Shown in pieces: positions 10,230 through 20,145 of a DNA stretch of 64,000 bases. This stretch comes from a virus. The stretch lies in IMG/VR virus record IMGVR_UViG_3300043436_002883, positions 1 through 64,000 of that record, one strand, 5' to 3'. The notes under the pieces were generated by a model that saw only the letters and a list, made by a program, of their open reading frames with translations, did no database searches and had not been told where the DNA came from. The position numbers and the translations under genes are program-made. Position 1 is the first letter of the stretch, and each line of letters begins with the position of its first letter.

Positions 10230-10517
10230 ATGGAAGATGAGAATCTAGATTATTATATTGAAATAGGTGCAGTAGATATTAGCGGGGTTGACGAAAACGG
10301 AGAAATTCTATTTTCTATTACTGAAAAAGCAAAAGACGTTGCTCCAGATTTGTGGAAAGCCCATGTAAAATTTATAGATGAAGCTTTAGTAGAATTATTT
10401 AATAAAAATTTAATAACTGTTGAGTATAATGAAAATCTAGAAGCCCTTATTTCTTATACTCCAGAGGGAAAATCTTTGCTAAAAGATATTGGATTAAGTC
10501 ACAACGATGGGGATTAG
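10230..10517 (+). CDS. Hypothetical protein
   Basis: AAGGAG RBS; 95 aa ORF. Confidence 0.7.
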   Translation: MEDENLDYYIEIGAVDISGVDENGEILFSITEKAKDVAPDLWKAHVKFIDEALVELFNKNLITVEYNENLEALISYTPEGKSLLKDIGLSHNDGD

Positions 10518-10583
10518 CTCAGATGGTAGAGCGTCGAACTGTTAATTCGAATGTCGCAGGATCGATGCCTGCATCCCCAGCCA
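10508..10583 (+). tRNA. tRNA-Asn(GTT)
   Basis: Acceptor TGGGGAT/ATCCCCA; TCGAA-CTGTTAA-TTCGA; encoded CCA; atypical T loop ATCGATG. Confidence 0.88.
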
Positions 10584-10584
10584 T

Positions 10585-10659
10585 ACCCTTGTAGCTCAGC
10601 GGAAGAGCAACAGACTTCTAATCTGTTGGCCGCAGGTTCGATTCCTGCCAGGGGTACCA
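10585..10659 (+). tRNA. tRNA-Arg(TCT)
   Basis: Acceptor ACCCTTG/CAGGGGT; ACAGA-CTTCTAA-TCTGT; GGTTCGATTCC; encoded CCA. Confidence 0.93.
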
Positions 10660-10755
10660 TTAAAAGTAGACAATCTAAAAATATTTTGATATAATAATAT
10701 ATAGATCGCTCAATGGAGGATCTATATTAATTTATTCGCTTGAAAGGGGAATAAT

Positions 10756-11181
10756 ATGGTAACACAATTTATGGATCTATTTAATGATCCTTTTTTTATT
10801 GGCTTTAATAGGGATCTAGCCCGTCTCAATAATATACACCGTGAAGCAATCAATGAATCTTATCCGCCGTATGATGTCTTACAGCATGATAACGATGAGT
10901 ATGTCGTTACTTTAGCTGTAGCTGGCTTTAGTAAAGAGGACATTTCGGTACAGGTTGATAATGGCACACTTGTAGTTAAGGGTGAAAGAAAAGATATTAC
11001 GGAAAGCGTTCCAAAGCAGGTAGTTCACAAAGGAATTGCTGCTAGAAAGTTTACACGTACATTTGCATTAAGTGAATATATGGAAGTTACAAATGCCTCA
11101 TTAGAGAATGGACTACTTAATATATTCTTGGAAAGAATTGTTCCAGAAGAAAAAAAGCCTAGAACAATTAAAATTAAGTAG
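10756..11181 (+). CDS. Small heat-shock protein (Hsp20/IbpA family)
   Basis: YPPYD, LAVAGFSKEDI, GIAARKFTRTF and LENGLLNI motifs. Confidence 0.93.
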   Translation: MVTQFMDLFNDPFFIGFNRDLARLNNIHREAINESYPPYDVLQHDNDEYVVTLAVAGFSKEDISVQVDNGTLVVKGERKDITESVPKQVVHKGIAARKFTRTFALSEYMEVTNASLENGLLNIFLERIVPEEKKPRTIKIK

Positions 11182-11193
11182 GGTATAATATAA

Positions 11194-11274
11194 ATCTGCA
11201 CCCCTTCATCGGGGGAGTCGCAGGTAGCGGGCCGTTACCCGCAGGATGGACCTGAGCAAGTCCTCAAACTGCTC
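11194..11274 (+). ncRNA. Candidate structured RNA or 5' leader: two hairpins plus an H-type pseudoknot
   Basis: GC-rich island after TATAAT (11184); stems ATCTGC/GCAGGT, CCCCT/GGGGG and GCGGG/CCCGC, then GGAC-CTGAGCAA-GTCC-TCAAAC-TGCTC. Confidence 0.55.
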
Positions 11275-11296
11275 TCTATTATTAGTTAGGGAAAAT

Positions 11297-12079
11297 ATGG
11301 ACCTGCATTGGATGTCTGTAAGAGATGATAGTGATTTAATTTCACTTAAACGGCTTTCTAATACTGTCAATGATGCAGGATATAAATCCGTTTTGCTTGT
11401 ATATCACTCCTTGCTCCCAGACTATATGATTAAGGTTGCCAATATTATGGACCCTAAGCATTCGTTTAAATATATGTTTGCAATTAGAACCTATGCTGTT
11501 AGCCCTGAACTTTGTGCAATGATGATGCATTCTTTTCACGAAATAGATAAAGACAGAGTTATGCTGAATGTTGCAGCTGGAGATATGAAAGAAGAAGAAG
11601 ATAGCGTAAACAATATGGTTTTTATATCTGATCAAATGCAAACTAAAGAGCAACGAGTTTTGTATACAACAGAGTGGATAGAAAAGTTTTTAAGGCACCC
11701 AATGTTAGTAAAAAAACCAGATATTGTTATTAGTGGTACATCTGACAAAACAATTGAGAATTCAGAAAAATATGCAGATATTCATTTAGCAATGCTATCA
11801 ACTTATAAAGATGGGTTTAAGGTAAAAACAAAAAGAAAGATGGCATCAACTATAGTTATAATACGTGATACAGATGAAGAGGCTAAGGCGGTAGCCGATC
11901 AAGAAAAAAATGACATGATGCGTAGGTCTATGGTGCATGGAACAGAAGAAACAGTTATACAAAAATTAAAACAACTAAAGCTTTTAGGTCTAACAGACAT
12001 ACTTGTGTCTGATAGCATGTGGGACAATCAGCTATATAGGCTGCATGAAATGGTAAAGAAAGTGCAAGGTGTTCTATAG
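11297..12079 (+). CDS. Luciferase-like (LLM) flavin-dependent oxidoreductase
   Basis: GYKSVLL, YMFAIRT..SP, RVMLNVAAG and GTEETVIQKL patterns; start moved to ATG 11297. Confidence 0.7.
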   Translation: MDLHWMSVRDDSDLISLKRLSNTVNDAGYKSVLLVYHSLLPDYMIKVANIMDPKHSFKYMFAIRTYAVSPELCAMMMHSFHEIDKDRVMLNVAAGDMKEEEDSVNNMVFISDQMQTKEQRVLYTTEWIEKFLRHPMLVKKPDIVISGTSDKTIENSEKYADIHLAMLSTYKDGFKVKTKRKMASTIVIIRDTDEEAKAVADQEKNDMMRRSMVHGTEETVIQKLKQLKLLGLTDILVSDSMWDNQLYRLHEMVKKVQGVL

Positions 12080-12267
12080 TGCCAGTATATGAATACAAAT
12101 GCAGTCAAGATGATGCACACGCAACACTTGCAGTAACACGCTCAATCTCAGAAGATGATCCAGGATACATCTGTGAAGAATGTGAGGCGGGAATGATTAG
12201 ACACTTCACCCCATTCGGTATACAGTTTAAGGGTAATGGCTTTTATAAAACAGATAATCCTAAATAG
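12079..12267 (+). CDS. FmdB-family zinc-ribbon protein
   Basis: MPVYEYKC...CEEC...FKGNGFYKTD. Confidence 0.85.
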   Translation: MPVYEYKCSQDDAHATLAVTRSISEDDPGYICEECEAGMIRHFTPFGIQFKGNGFYKTDNPK

Positions 12268-12324
12268 TTCAATGGTATAATTACTAAGTAAGCAAATATA
12301 TTGCATTACTTAGGAGATACCTAG

Positions 12325-14922
12325 TTGACTAGAAAGATTAAGTACTTTTTAACCAGCCTTTTTGTAATCGGCTGGCTTTTCCTTTTTAGTCCTAATTTTG
12401 CTAATGCTAATGAGCCTCCTGCTCCTGCGGAACAAGTTGTAGTAAGCCCTGCACAACAAGCAGTAAACACAGCAATTGCAACAGCAACAACAGAAGTAGC
12501 ACAGGCAGCGCAAGCCTCAGATACAGCAACAGTAACAATAGCCACAGCGGTCCAAGCAGTAACAGCATCTAATACAGCCGTAGCTGCAGCAAATACTGCG
12601 GTGACTGCAGCAACTACTGCGGTAGCGGAAGTGTCAAATGTATTACCAGCAGTAGAAACTGCAACAACAGTTGTCCAAACAATTACTTCAACAGTAGCGG
12701 CAGTCACACAAGCTGTAGCCGCAATACCAGTAACAGCCACAACCCAAACACCAGAGGTTGTAGCGGCGCAAACAGTAGTAACGCAAGCCGTTGCTACAAT
12801 AGATTCTGCAGTAGCCACGGTAATAGCAACAGCAACTCCATTAATGACGGAGACTCCAACCACGGTTGCACAAGTAGCCACAGCAATTGCAACAGAAGTT
12901 GCCCAATCAGAGACAGCCACAGTTTTAGTTCAATCAGCACAGACAGCAATAGATACGGCTACTGCAACAGTTGCTACAGCAACTACAGCGGTGGCAGCAG
13001 TAACACCTGCACGGACAGAGGCTCAAACACAGTTAACTCAAGCAAACGTAGCAATTAATAACGCCCAAGATGCAGTAAATGCACTTGCCGCAACCATTGG
13101 CACCACAACAAATGTTTTATCTGGTGTAGATGACGCTGGCGTCCGCATGAATCTACCATTTAATTTACAAATGGGTGGGGTTACATACAACAATGTTTAT
13201 GTTGGATCTAACGCAACAATAACTTTTGGAGTAAATGAAGGTGCAAATTACTACACTACGCCAAATGCTCCCTCTATTTCTATAGCTGGATACGACTGGA
13301 CTACTTGGAGTAATGGATCTGGAATCACATATTCAACAACCACAAACACCCTTAGCGTTGCTTGGGATCTTAGAGTTTATCCTTTACAAACAGCCGAGAC
13401 ACAAATGACTCAGGTTAGATTTAACGCAGATGTAAACCCATCAAATGGAGCATGGCAAGCCGATGTAAGTGTTACTGGCCCTATCCCAAATGGGGCTAGA
13501 TTCAACGTAAGAGAGACAACGGGCGGCGCTGTAACAGATATTAATAATACAAGCACTACTACAGGCTTTACTGGAACAATCAGTCAAGGCCCCGCATTTA
13601 CACCTACACCTGATCCAAGCAATGCATCAGTTCAGGCAGCAATAGAAACAGCTAATGCACAAATTGCTACATTAAACTCAGCGGTTACAACAATTGTTGC
13701 AGCAAATACAGCAAACACAAATACAGTTATTGCGCCAATTGCAGCAGTTTCACAAAATACAATTACATCATTAAATAATGCAAGCACAGATTTAACAAAT
13801 AAAGTAACAGCAATTGCAAATGTTTCAGTAGCTGTAGAAAAAGTAACCACTGCACCTACAATAGTAGCAGCAGCACAAACAGTAATTGATGCAGTTCCTG
13901 CACCCGCACCTACTCCTCCACCTGCGCCAGCCCCAGAACCTGTACAGCCTGAGCCAGTTGCTCCACCAGTTGTTGAGCCGCCAGTAGTTGTTCCTCCCGT
14001 TGTTGAGCCACCCGCAGAAGAGCCACCTGCAGAAGAGCCACCCGCAGAAGAGCCACCCGCAGAAGAGCCACCTGCAGAAGAGCCACCCGCAGAAGAGCCA
14101 CCTGCAGAAGAGCCACCCGCAGAAGAGCCACCTGCAGAAGAGCCACCTGCAGAAGAGCCACCTGCAGAAGAGCCCCCTGCAGAAGAGCCACCCGCAGAAG
14201 AGCCACCTGCAGAAGAGCCCCCTGCAGAAGAGCCACCCGCAGAAGAGCCACCCGCAGAAGAGCCACCCGCAGAAGAGCCAGAGGCGGGATCAGAAGAAGC
14301 AGTAGAAGAATCTGTTGATGATGCATTGTCTGATGGGAAAATAGACGAATCAGAAGCAGAAGATATTTTAAATGAATTAGCAAGTGATGGTGAAGTAACT
14401 GTAGAAGAAGTTCAGAACCTTGCAGATGCTTTATCTGAAGATGGAAAATTAACTAATGCAGAAAAGGAATTAGTTGCAGATGCCCTTGTAGAATCCCTTG
14501 AAGATGGAGGGTCTTTAACTAAAGAACAAATACAAGAAGCTGGAATTGAATATAAAGATTTACCACCTTCAACACCAGTAGATGTGAGAACAGATGAAAA
14601 CGGAAATTCTGTTGTAATTACTGCAGCGGTTGCAGCACAGGTAGAATTGCTTCAAGATACAGGAGCACTGATAGAAGAATTATTTACAAATCCAGCAGCA
14701 GCATTGGCTGCATTTGGAAGCATAGGCGCAGATATGTCTGACGAAGAAAGAGAAGAGGCAACAGATATGGTTGTTGCTACAGTAGTTGCAGCAGGTGCTG
14801 CAATTAACGCTGCAGCAGTTGCCACAGGGGGAGCCACAGGAAGTGGCACAGGGGGCGGAGGAAGTTCTGGTGGAGGCTCAGGAGCCAATTCACCAGGTTC
14901 ACGAGGAGGAAGAAAATGGTAA
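12325..14922 (+). CDS. Large secreted/surface protein with Ala/Thr-rich helices, a globular core and EEPPA repeats
   Basis: Signal peptide, low-complexity segments and a hydrophobic C-terminal segment. Confidence 0.75.
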   Translation: MTRKIKYFLTSLFVIGWLFLFSPNFANANEPPAPAEQVVVSPAQQAVNTAIATATTEVAQAAQASDTATVTIATAVQAVTASNTAVAAANTAVTAATTAVAEVSNVLPAVETATTVVQTITSTVAAVTQAVAAIPVTATTQTPEVVAAQTVVTQAVATIDSAVATVIATATPLMTETPTTVAQVATAIATEVAQSETATVLVQSAQTAIDTATATVATATTAVAAVTPARTEAQTQLTQANVAINNAQDAVNALAATIGTTTNVLSGVDDAGVRMNLPFNLQMGGVTYNNVYVGSNATITFGVNEGANYYTTPNAPSISIAGYDWTTWSNGSGITYSTTTNTLSVAWDLRVYPLQTAETQMTQVRFNADVNPSNGAWQADVSVTGPIPNGARFNVRETTGGAVTDINNTSTTTGFTGTISQGPAFTPTPDPSNASVQAAIETANAQIATLNSAVTTIVAANTANTNTVIAPIAAVSQNTITSLNNASTDLTNKVTAIANVSVAVEKVTTAPTIVAAAQTVIDAVPAPAPTPPPAPAPEPVQPEPVAPPVVEPPVVVPPVVEPPAEEPPAEEPPAEEPPAEEPPAEEPPAEEPPAEEPPAEEPPAEEPPAEEPPAEEPPAEEPPAEEPPAEEPPAEEPPAEEPPAEEPPAEEPEAGSEEAVEESVDDALSDGKIDESEAEDILNELASDGEVTVEEVQNLADALSEDGKLTNAEKELVADALVESLEDGGSLTKEQIQEAGIEYKDLPPSTPVDVRTDENGNSVVITAAVAAQVELLQDTGALIEELFTNPAAALAAFGSIGADMSDEEREEATDMVVATVVAAGAAINAAAVATGGATGSGTGGGGSSGGGSGANSPGSRGGRKW
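14005..14280 (+). repeat. 15-bp tandem repeat, about 18 copies, encoding EPPAE
   Basis: GAGCCACC(C/T)GCAGAA units. Confidence 0.97.
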
Positions 14923-15095
14923 GAATAGTAAAAAATATCCTAAAAGATATGGTAGACCAAGCATGGACCCTTCTTGGTATGTTTATAGCTTGGGTAGTTT
15001 TGGATGGAAGTGCAAAGACTATTGTTGGTTATGGAATCATGGCAACAACTGCTCTTTGGATAATTACAAGCCCAATAAGAAATAAGGAGGAATAA
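14916..15095 (+). CDS. Small two-TM membrane protein (59 aa, not in ORF track)
   Basis: GAGGAGG RBS; AWTLLGMFIAWVVL and IVGYGIMATTALWII segments. Confidence 0.7.
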   Translation: MVRIVKNILKDMVDQAWTLLGMFIAWVVLDGSAKTIVGYGIMATTALWIITSPIRNKEE

Positions 15096-15097
15096 AA

Positions 15098-15385
15098 ATG
15101 GCAAAAGCATATATAGAAGAACCAACACAGGTGGGATCAGGAGCAATTGCAAGCATTAATAATATTATCATGCGTATAATTGCTGTATTTGCAGCATCAG
15201 GATTGTCCGTAATTGGAGCAGGTGCAGTGGTAGGAATTGAAACCTACAAGGCAGTAATATTGGCTGGAACTTTAGGGGTAGCAACTGTAGTTGAAAGACT
15301 AGCAAGAGGCTTCCTGGATGATGGAAAGCTAACTGTATCAGAAATTAATGCAGCATTTTCAGCAGTAGACAAAAAAGCAAAATAA
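15098..15385 (+). CDS. Holin-like membrane protein
   Basis: Two TM segments; immediately upstream of the CHAP enzyme. Confidence 0.55.
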   Translation: MAKAYIEEPTQVGSGAIASINNIIMRIIAVFAASGLSVIGAGAVVGIETYKAVILAGTLGVATVVERLARGFLDDGKLTVSEINAAFSAVDKKAK

Positions 15386-15420
15386 ATGCTATACTACTTG
15401 TAGTCTTAAAGGAGGCAAAA

Positions 15421-15966
15421 ATGTCAAATAACACACACCCAAATGCAGCAAAAGTTGTTGCCGCAGCAAAAAAGTATGCTGACGAAGGATACTCAGAAGG
15501 ACCAAACAACGATACAGTTTTTGGAAAAAGATACGGAATGAATCACCAACCTTGGTGTGCAATGTTCGTTTCAGGATGCTTTGATGACGCAGGACTAGTT
15601 CACCTAGTTGCCGCTTCAACAAAGAAAGGTTTTGCATCATGCGATGCTGGAGCACAATGGTTTGCAAAGAACAAGAGAATTGTTCCAATTGGTCAAGCAC
15701 AAGCAGGCGATGTAGTATTTTTTAACTTTGACAAGACACCAACAGATACAGAGCATGTTGGAATTGTTGTAAAGAATGACGGAAAAAATTTACACTGCTA
15801 CGAAGGAAACACTTCAGGTAATGCAAAGGGATCACAGGCAAACGGAGATGGCGTATTCCTTAAGAAGAGAGCCTACAGCCTAGTAATGTCAGTTGCTCGT
15901 CCAGATTGGGATGCACCAGCACCAAAAGCTGCACCTGCAAAGAAGGCGGCAGTAAAGAAGAAGTAA
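15421..15966 (+). CDS. CHAP-domain peptidoglycan hydrolase (endolysin candidate)
   Basis: PWCAMFVS, GDVVFF, HVGIV and EGNT motifs. Confidence 0.88.
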   Translation: MSNNTHPNAAKVVAAAKKYADEGYSEGPNNDTVFGKRYGMNHQPWCAMFVSGCFDDAGLVHLVAASTKKGFASCDAGAQWFAKNKRIVPIGQAQAGDVVFFNFDKTPTDTEHVGIVVKNDGKNLHCYEGNTSGNAKGSQANGDGVFLKKRAYSLVMSVARPDWDAPAPKAAPAKKAAVKKK

Positions 15967-16370
15967 TGTACGAATATCATGTTAAGAAAGTAAACAATGT
16001 GGTAGACGGGGACACAATAGATGTAGATATCGATCTAGGCTTTGACATATCCTTTAGCTCAAGAGTTAGGCTTGCTGGAATAGACACACCAGAAAGCAGA
16101 ACAAAAGATAAAGCTGAAAAGGTTCTCGGGCTTGAAGCTAAAGAATATGTTAAGTCTAAGATTAAAGATGCTAAAGATATTGTAATCAAGACAGAAAAAA
16201 TGGATTCATCAGAAAAATATGGCCGAATACTTGGCTGGTTATATCTAGATGGATCAACAACTTCTGTTAATGAGCAAATGATTGCAGAGGGCTATGCCTG
16301 GGGATACTTGGGCGAAACAAAAGTAAAAGACTTTGAAGCCCTTGCAAAACTAAGAAATAAAAAGAAGTAG
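15966..16370 (+). CDS. Thermonuclease (SNase-like)
   Basis: VVDGDTID, VRLAGIDTPE and KYGRILG; start moved to ATG 15966. Confidence 0.9.
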   Translation: MYEYHVKKVNNVVDGDTIDVDIDLGFDISFSSRVRLAGIDTPESRTKDKAEKVLGLEAKEYVKSKIKDAKDIVIKTEKMDSSEKYGRILGWLYLDGSTTSVNEQMIAEGYAWGYLGETKVKDFEALAKLRNKKK

Positions 16371-16371
16371 T

Positions 16372-17091
16372 CTATCTGTTTTTATGTTTTTCTAAAAACT
16401 CAAGAGTTGTTTTAACTTCTTGATGGATTCCATTTCTTGCATTAGTGTATCTTTGTGTTTTGTAAAAATCATCTGCATTTCTAGAAGAAGGCCAGAAGAA
16501 TGAAATAAAATTATTTCTTTCACCAGATGTAACGGGAGTAACTTCGTGTGGCACTTCTTCATCTCCAGTAAAGAATATAAAAGTTCCAGGTTTAGGCTTA
16601 ATTTTAAAATTTTGTAATGGAAAGTTTAATTCTCCGCCTTCGCAGTCTGAATAAAAGTATAAAAGTCCAGATCGGTCTAAATCGGCTCCAGGTCTTTCCA
16701 ACAATTCATCTTTTGATGATACAAACCTATTGTCCATGTGTAAAACATTTTGTCCGCCAGTAAGCATCTTGCTGTAAAAAGCTGTCTTTAACTCGTAATC
16801 TTCTTTATAAAAATCAGATATTACACGAGACATAACTGGGCATAACATTGAAAGCAAATCAATTGCAACATTGTGCCAAGGATCGCTATTATATGGAGAA
16901 ATTGTTTTTGTTAAGCCAATCTGCTCTGCATCCGCACCAGCGTTGGGCCCAGAGAATACGGAAGGGCCAGCTTTTTGATGACTCATGTCAACATGAGGAT
17001 TAATAGCATTGTATATAAACATTGCTGTATCTGGAGAAATAAAATCTTCAATAATGTGAATTTTTCCGTCTATGCTTTTGATGTTTTTCAT
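16372..17091 (-). CDS. 2OG-Fe(II) oxygenase, prolyl-4-hydroxylase-like
   Basis: LHMD...EGGELNF...HEVTPVTSGER. Confidence 0.85.
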   Translation of the reverse strand: MKNIKSIDGKIHIIEDFISPDTAMFIYNAINPHVDMSHQKAGPSVFSGPNAGADAEQIGLTKTISPYNSDPWHNVAIDLLSMLCPVMSRVISDFYKEDYELKTAFYSKMLTGGQNVLHMDNRFVSSKDELLERPGADLDRSGLLYFYSDCEGGELNFPLQNFKIKPKPGTFIFFTGDEEVPHEVTPVTSGERNNFISFFWPSSRNADDFYKTQRYTNARNGIHQEVKTTLEFLEKHKNR

Positions 17092-17342
17092 ATATATACT
17101 ATACCATATTTGTGCTATAATTGATACATGGAAAAATATTTAATTAAAGTCAATATTGATATAGAGGTTGAAGCCTTCAATGAATCTGATGCAAAAGAAT
17201 ATGCCCTTGACGTATTAAATATAGATAACGAAATTAAACATATAGATATTTTAAAGATAAAAAAAGTCAAATAGTCTATTGACAATATAGGCTCAGATAT
17301 TATATAATAGGATATAGGCGGAACTAACAGACAGGAAAATAA

Positions 17343-17576
17343 GTGCTAGTTTTGACGCCTAAAGGAGTTGATGTCTTTATTAAAAGATTTAGCTCTAAAG
17401 ACAGACAGTCCTATTGGGACAACTATAATCTCATTATATGGAAAAGGAACCCTACTGGATTCTCTAATAAAAATGGATTATTTAAAAATAATTCTTGGGG
17501 AATTGCAGAAAACTTTCCTATAAATACAGACGGAACATGGAAGATGTCGGACAAATATGTCAAATATTTTAAATGA
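17343..17576 (+). CDS. Hypothetical protein
   Basis: RBS; overlaps whiB. Confidence 0.6.
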   Translation: MLVLTPKGVDVFIKRFSSKDRQSYWDNYNLIIWKRNPTGFSNKNGLFKNNSWGIAENFPINTDGTWKMSDKYVKYFK

Positions 17577-17868
17577 TCTAGGTGTAGAAGAGAACGATTT
17601 TAAGTGGTTTGATATTGCTGTATGTAGAGGTATGGATACAAATTTATTCTTTGATAAATATGAATCAGACCCAGTTATAGCGGCAAGCATTGATGAGGCC
17701 TGCTTAAGTTGTCCAGTTTCCAAAGACTGTTTTGAGTCAGGCTCCATAAACAATGATCACGGAGTATGGGGCGGAATCTATCTAAACTCTGGCGAGATAG
17801 ATAAGGTAAAAAATATTCACAAGACAAAAGACTTGTGGCAAAAAATTAGAACAAAAAATGGTATTTAA
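17557..17868 (+). CDS. whiB: WhiB-family Fe-S transcription factor
   Basis: Four Cys (AVC...ACLSCPVSKDC) and GVWGG turn. Confidence 0.92.
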   Translation: MSNILNDLGVEENDFKWFDIAVCRGMDTNLFFDKYESDPVIAASIDEACLSCPVSKDCFESGSINNDHGVWGGIYLNSGEIDKVKNIHKTKDLWQKIRTKNGI

Positions 17869-17870
17869 CG

Positions 17871-18200
17871 GTGGAGTTTATCAATAAAGATAAAGATCAC
17901 TTTAAGTATGGTGTTAATGAATGGACAGGTGAACCAAATAAGCCTGTATTTTATACCGCAGAAATGGCAAAAAGAATCAGGGAAATTAAAAAGCCTGATA
18001 TGGGTTTGCAGATGGACATAGTGAAGTATCCACAGTTTTTAGCAATAAGACTATATGAAGACAATTTTTTAAAATACGAAGGTGTTAAAAAAGAAATGGT
18101 AATTGATTATGTTGGAAAGGTTAAAAAGGTAATCGAGTCTTACGGAGTAAGATGCGAACTAGAGGGGGTACCAAGTGCGAGAATACTACGAAGTAATTAA
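17871..18200 (+). CDS. Hypothetical protein
   Basis: Tightly packed ORF in operon. Confidence 0.65.
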   Translation: MEFINKDKDHFKYGVNEWTGEPNKPVFYTAEMAKRIREIKKPDMGLQMDIVKYPQFLAIRLYEDNFLKYEGVKKEMVIDYVGKVKKVIESYGVRCELEGVPSARILRSN

Positions 18201-18372
18201 GATCGTATTCATTCATTCTGAAAGAGTATACGGCTCAGTAGAAAGCTTGGGCCTATATGCATCAAAAGTTAGATACCAAAAAGATGGTATTGAAATAGAA
18301 GAGGTGTTGGAAAATGATGAGTTTACTGTAATGGATGAAATTATTTTTGAGCACGAAGAGGAATCTAATTAA
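18175..18372 (+). CDS. Hypothetical protein
   Basis: GAGGGGG RBS; coupled to next ORF. Confidence 0.55.
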   Translation: MREYYEVIKIVFIHSERVYGSVESLGLYASKVRYQKDGIEIEEVLENDEFTVMDEIIFEHEEESN

Positions 18373-18608
18373 TGGAAAAAATATTGTGTTACTGCTGTAA
18401 CAAGACAAAAAATAAGCTAAATGTAAGAAAATCAATCTTGATGCCAATTAACCTATTAATGTGCGAAACATGCATAGCGTCTAAATTTGAGCCAAGATGG
18501 GTAGTAATTCTTGCGGGCAGGCAACTGGGATCTGAAGCTGTTAAAGAATTCATTATTAAAAAAAGATACGCAGGCAATGACATTATTGCCTCTGAACTTT
18601 TGGTTTAA
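18372..18608 (+). CDS. Hypothetical zinc-binding protein
   Basis: CYCC...CETC. Confidence 0.6.
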   Translation: MEKILCYCCNKTKNKLNVRKSILMPINLLMCETCIASKFEPRWVVILAGRQLGSEAVKEFIIKKRYAGNDIIASELLV

Positions 18609-18679
18609 GTCAACTAAAAATAATTTAATAAATTTAGATTAGTTTTGAATTATAACTATTAGTCAAGTATAATTTACAC

Positions 18680-18961
18680 ATGAGCTTATTAGAATGGATT
18701 GTGCTGTCGGCTGCTGCAAGCGCTGGACTAGGATACTTTGTAGGCAAATTCATTAAACTATTTAAGACTTGGTTTGATTTTATTGATGAGTGGTATGGAA
18801 CGGAAGATACTCCAGGAATAACCGCTAGGCTAAATGACGGACAAGAGCATTTTAATAAAATAGACATTGAGCTGGCAACAATTAAAGCTGAGCTATTTAA
18901 TAATGGCGGGTCTTCCTTGCGTGATGCAATTGACCGCATTGAAAAAAATACCTCAAAATAG
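18680..18961 (+). CDS. Membrane-anchored coiled-coil protein
   Basis: N-terminal TM; NNGGSSLRDAIDRIE motif; leaderless start after TATAAT. Confidence 0.65.
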   Translation: MSLLEWIVLSAAASAGLGYFVGKFIKLFKTWFDFIDEWYGTEDTPGITARLNDGQEHFNKIDIELATIKAELFNNGGSSLRDAIDRIEKNTSK

Positions 18962-18998
18962 ACTATACCTTCGAATTTATATTTAGTATACTAGATGT

Positions 18999-19556
18999 AT
19001 GACCTGTATAGTAGCTATTGCCCAAAATGGTGTTGTTTATATGGCATCCGACCATGCCGCATCGGATGACAAAACTGGCTGGATCCTTGCAAGAAAAGAA
19101 CCTAAAGTATTTAAAGTAGGTCAGTATGGGATTGCATTTACAGATTCATTTCGCATGGGACAAATTTTGCAGTATTCGTGGGCTCCACCAAAGTATACAC
19201 CAACAAAAACTAATTCAGGTTTAGATAAGTTTATGAGAACTAAATTTATTGATTCAGTAAAACAAGCATTTAAAGACAATGGTTATGGAAGCATTGGATC
19301 TTCTTCAGAAGAAGATACGGGTGGAATTTTTATAGTCGGTGTGTGTGGTCGCATATTTACAATAGATGAAGATTTTCATGTTGGAGAAAATGTTGTTAAC
19401 TATATGGCGGAGGGAAGCGGAGGAATGATAGCACTAGGGGCTCTGTATGCTACAAAGAATCAGAAGAATCCACGCTTGCGCTTAAAGGCTGCATTAGAAG
19501 CTGCTTCAGAGTTCAATATGAGCGTATCTGCTCCCTATACATACATTCAGGTTTAA
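18999..19556 (+). CDS. HslV/proteasome-beta-like Ntn peptidase
   Basis: N-terminal (M)TCIVA...ASD, conserved K (EPKVF) and GSGG motif. Confidence 0.75.
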   Translation: MTCIVAIAQNGVVYMASDHAASDDKTGWILARKEPKVFKVGQYGIAFTDSFRMGQILQYSWAPPKYTPTKTNSGLDKFMRTKFIDSVKQAFKDNGYGSIGSSSEEDTGGIFIVGVCGRIFTIDEDFHVGENVVNYMAEGSGGMIALGALYATKNQKNPRLRLKAALEAASEFNMSVSAPYTYIQV

Positions 19557-19570
19557 GGTATAATAGAACT

Positions 19571-19924
19571 ATGAAATGGCTCATAGTAATTGCAGTTACT
19601 CTTGCAGTATACATCTGGGCATCAAAAGTTAAAGCCAGGATTAAGCTATTCTTTGATAACTATGAGGTTTTGCTGGTAGACAAAGAAGATGTAGAACGAG
19701 AAGGATCACACACTGACGATATTTTAAATCTTCGTCCAGAAACTTACGAAAACTCTATTGATTTAAGAGGCACTCCAACTCACATTTGTCCCTGTGGATC
19801 ACAAATATGGAGCCTTAAGGTTATATTTGAAGATTTTGAAATTGCTACATATTTCTTAGACATGGAATGTGTTAGTTGTGGTAGTGTTGCTACAGCACCT
19901 ACTCCCGTAGACAGAAAGGAATAA
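19571..19924 (+). CDS. Membrane-anchored protein with C-terminal zinc ribbon
   Basis: N-terminal TM; CPCG...CVSCG. Confidence 0.65.
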   Translation: MKWLIVIAVTLAVYIWASKVKARIKLFFDNYEVLLVDKEDVEREGSHTDDILNLRPETYENSIDLRGTPTHICPCGSQIWSLKVIFEDFEIATYFLDMECVSCGSVATAPTPVDRKE

Positions 19925-20145
19925 TGATGAGAAAGTCAGAAAGACTAAGACTGCTCGAAATGCAGGTAGTCAGACTTGAAATGATGGTGGAGCTATACAC
20001 ACAAAGCTTAACTAATCTATTACAATCTCAGGGCCTACAGTCACCAACCAACCTAGACGCTGGTAAATGGTATAAGGCTAAATTAGATACACTAGACAAA
20101 GAATAGGCTATTGACAATCTGTCATTATTTAGTAGAATAGATAGT

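Noticed and set aside
13910-14383. Alternative-frame and antisense ORFs over the EPPAE repeat (also 12321..12920 and 13988..14305)
   Set aside because: Shadows of low-complexity coding sequence
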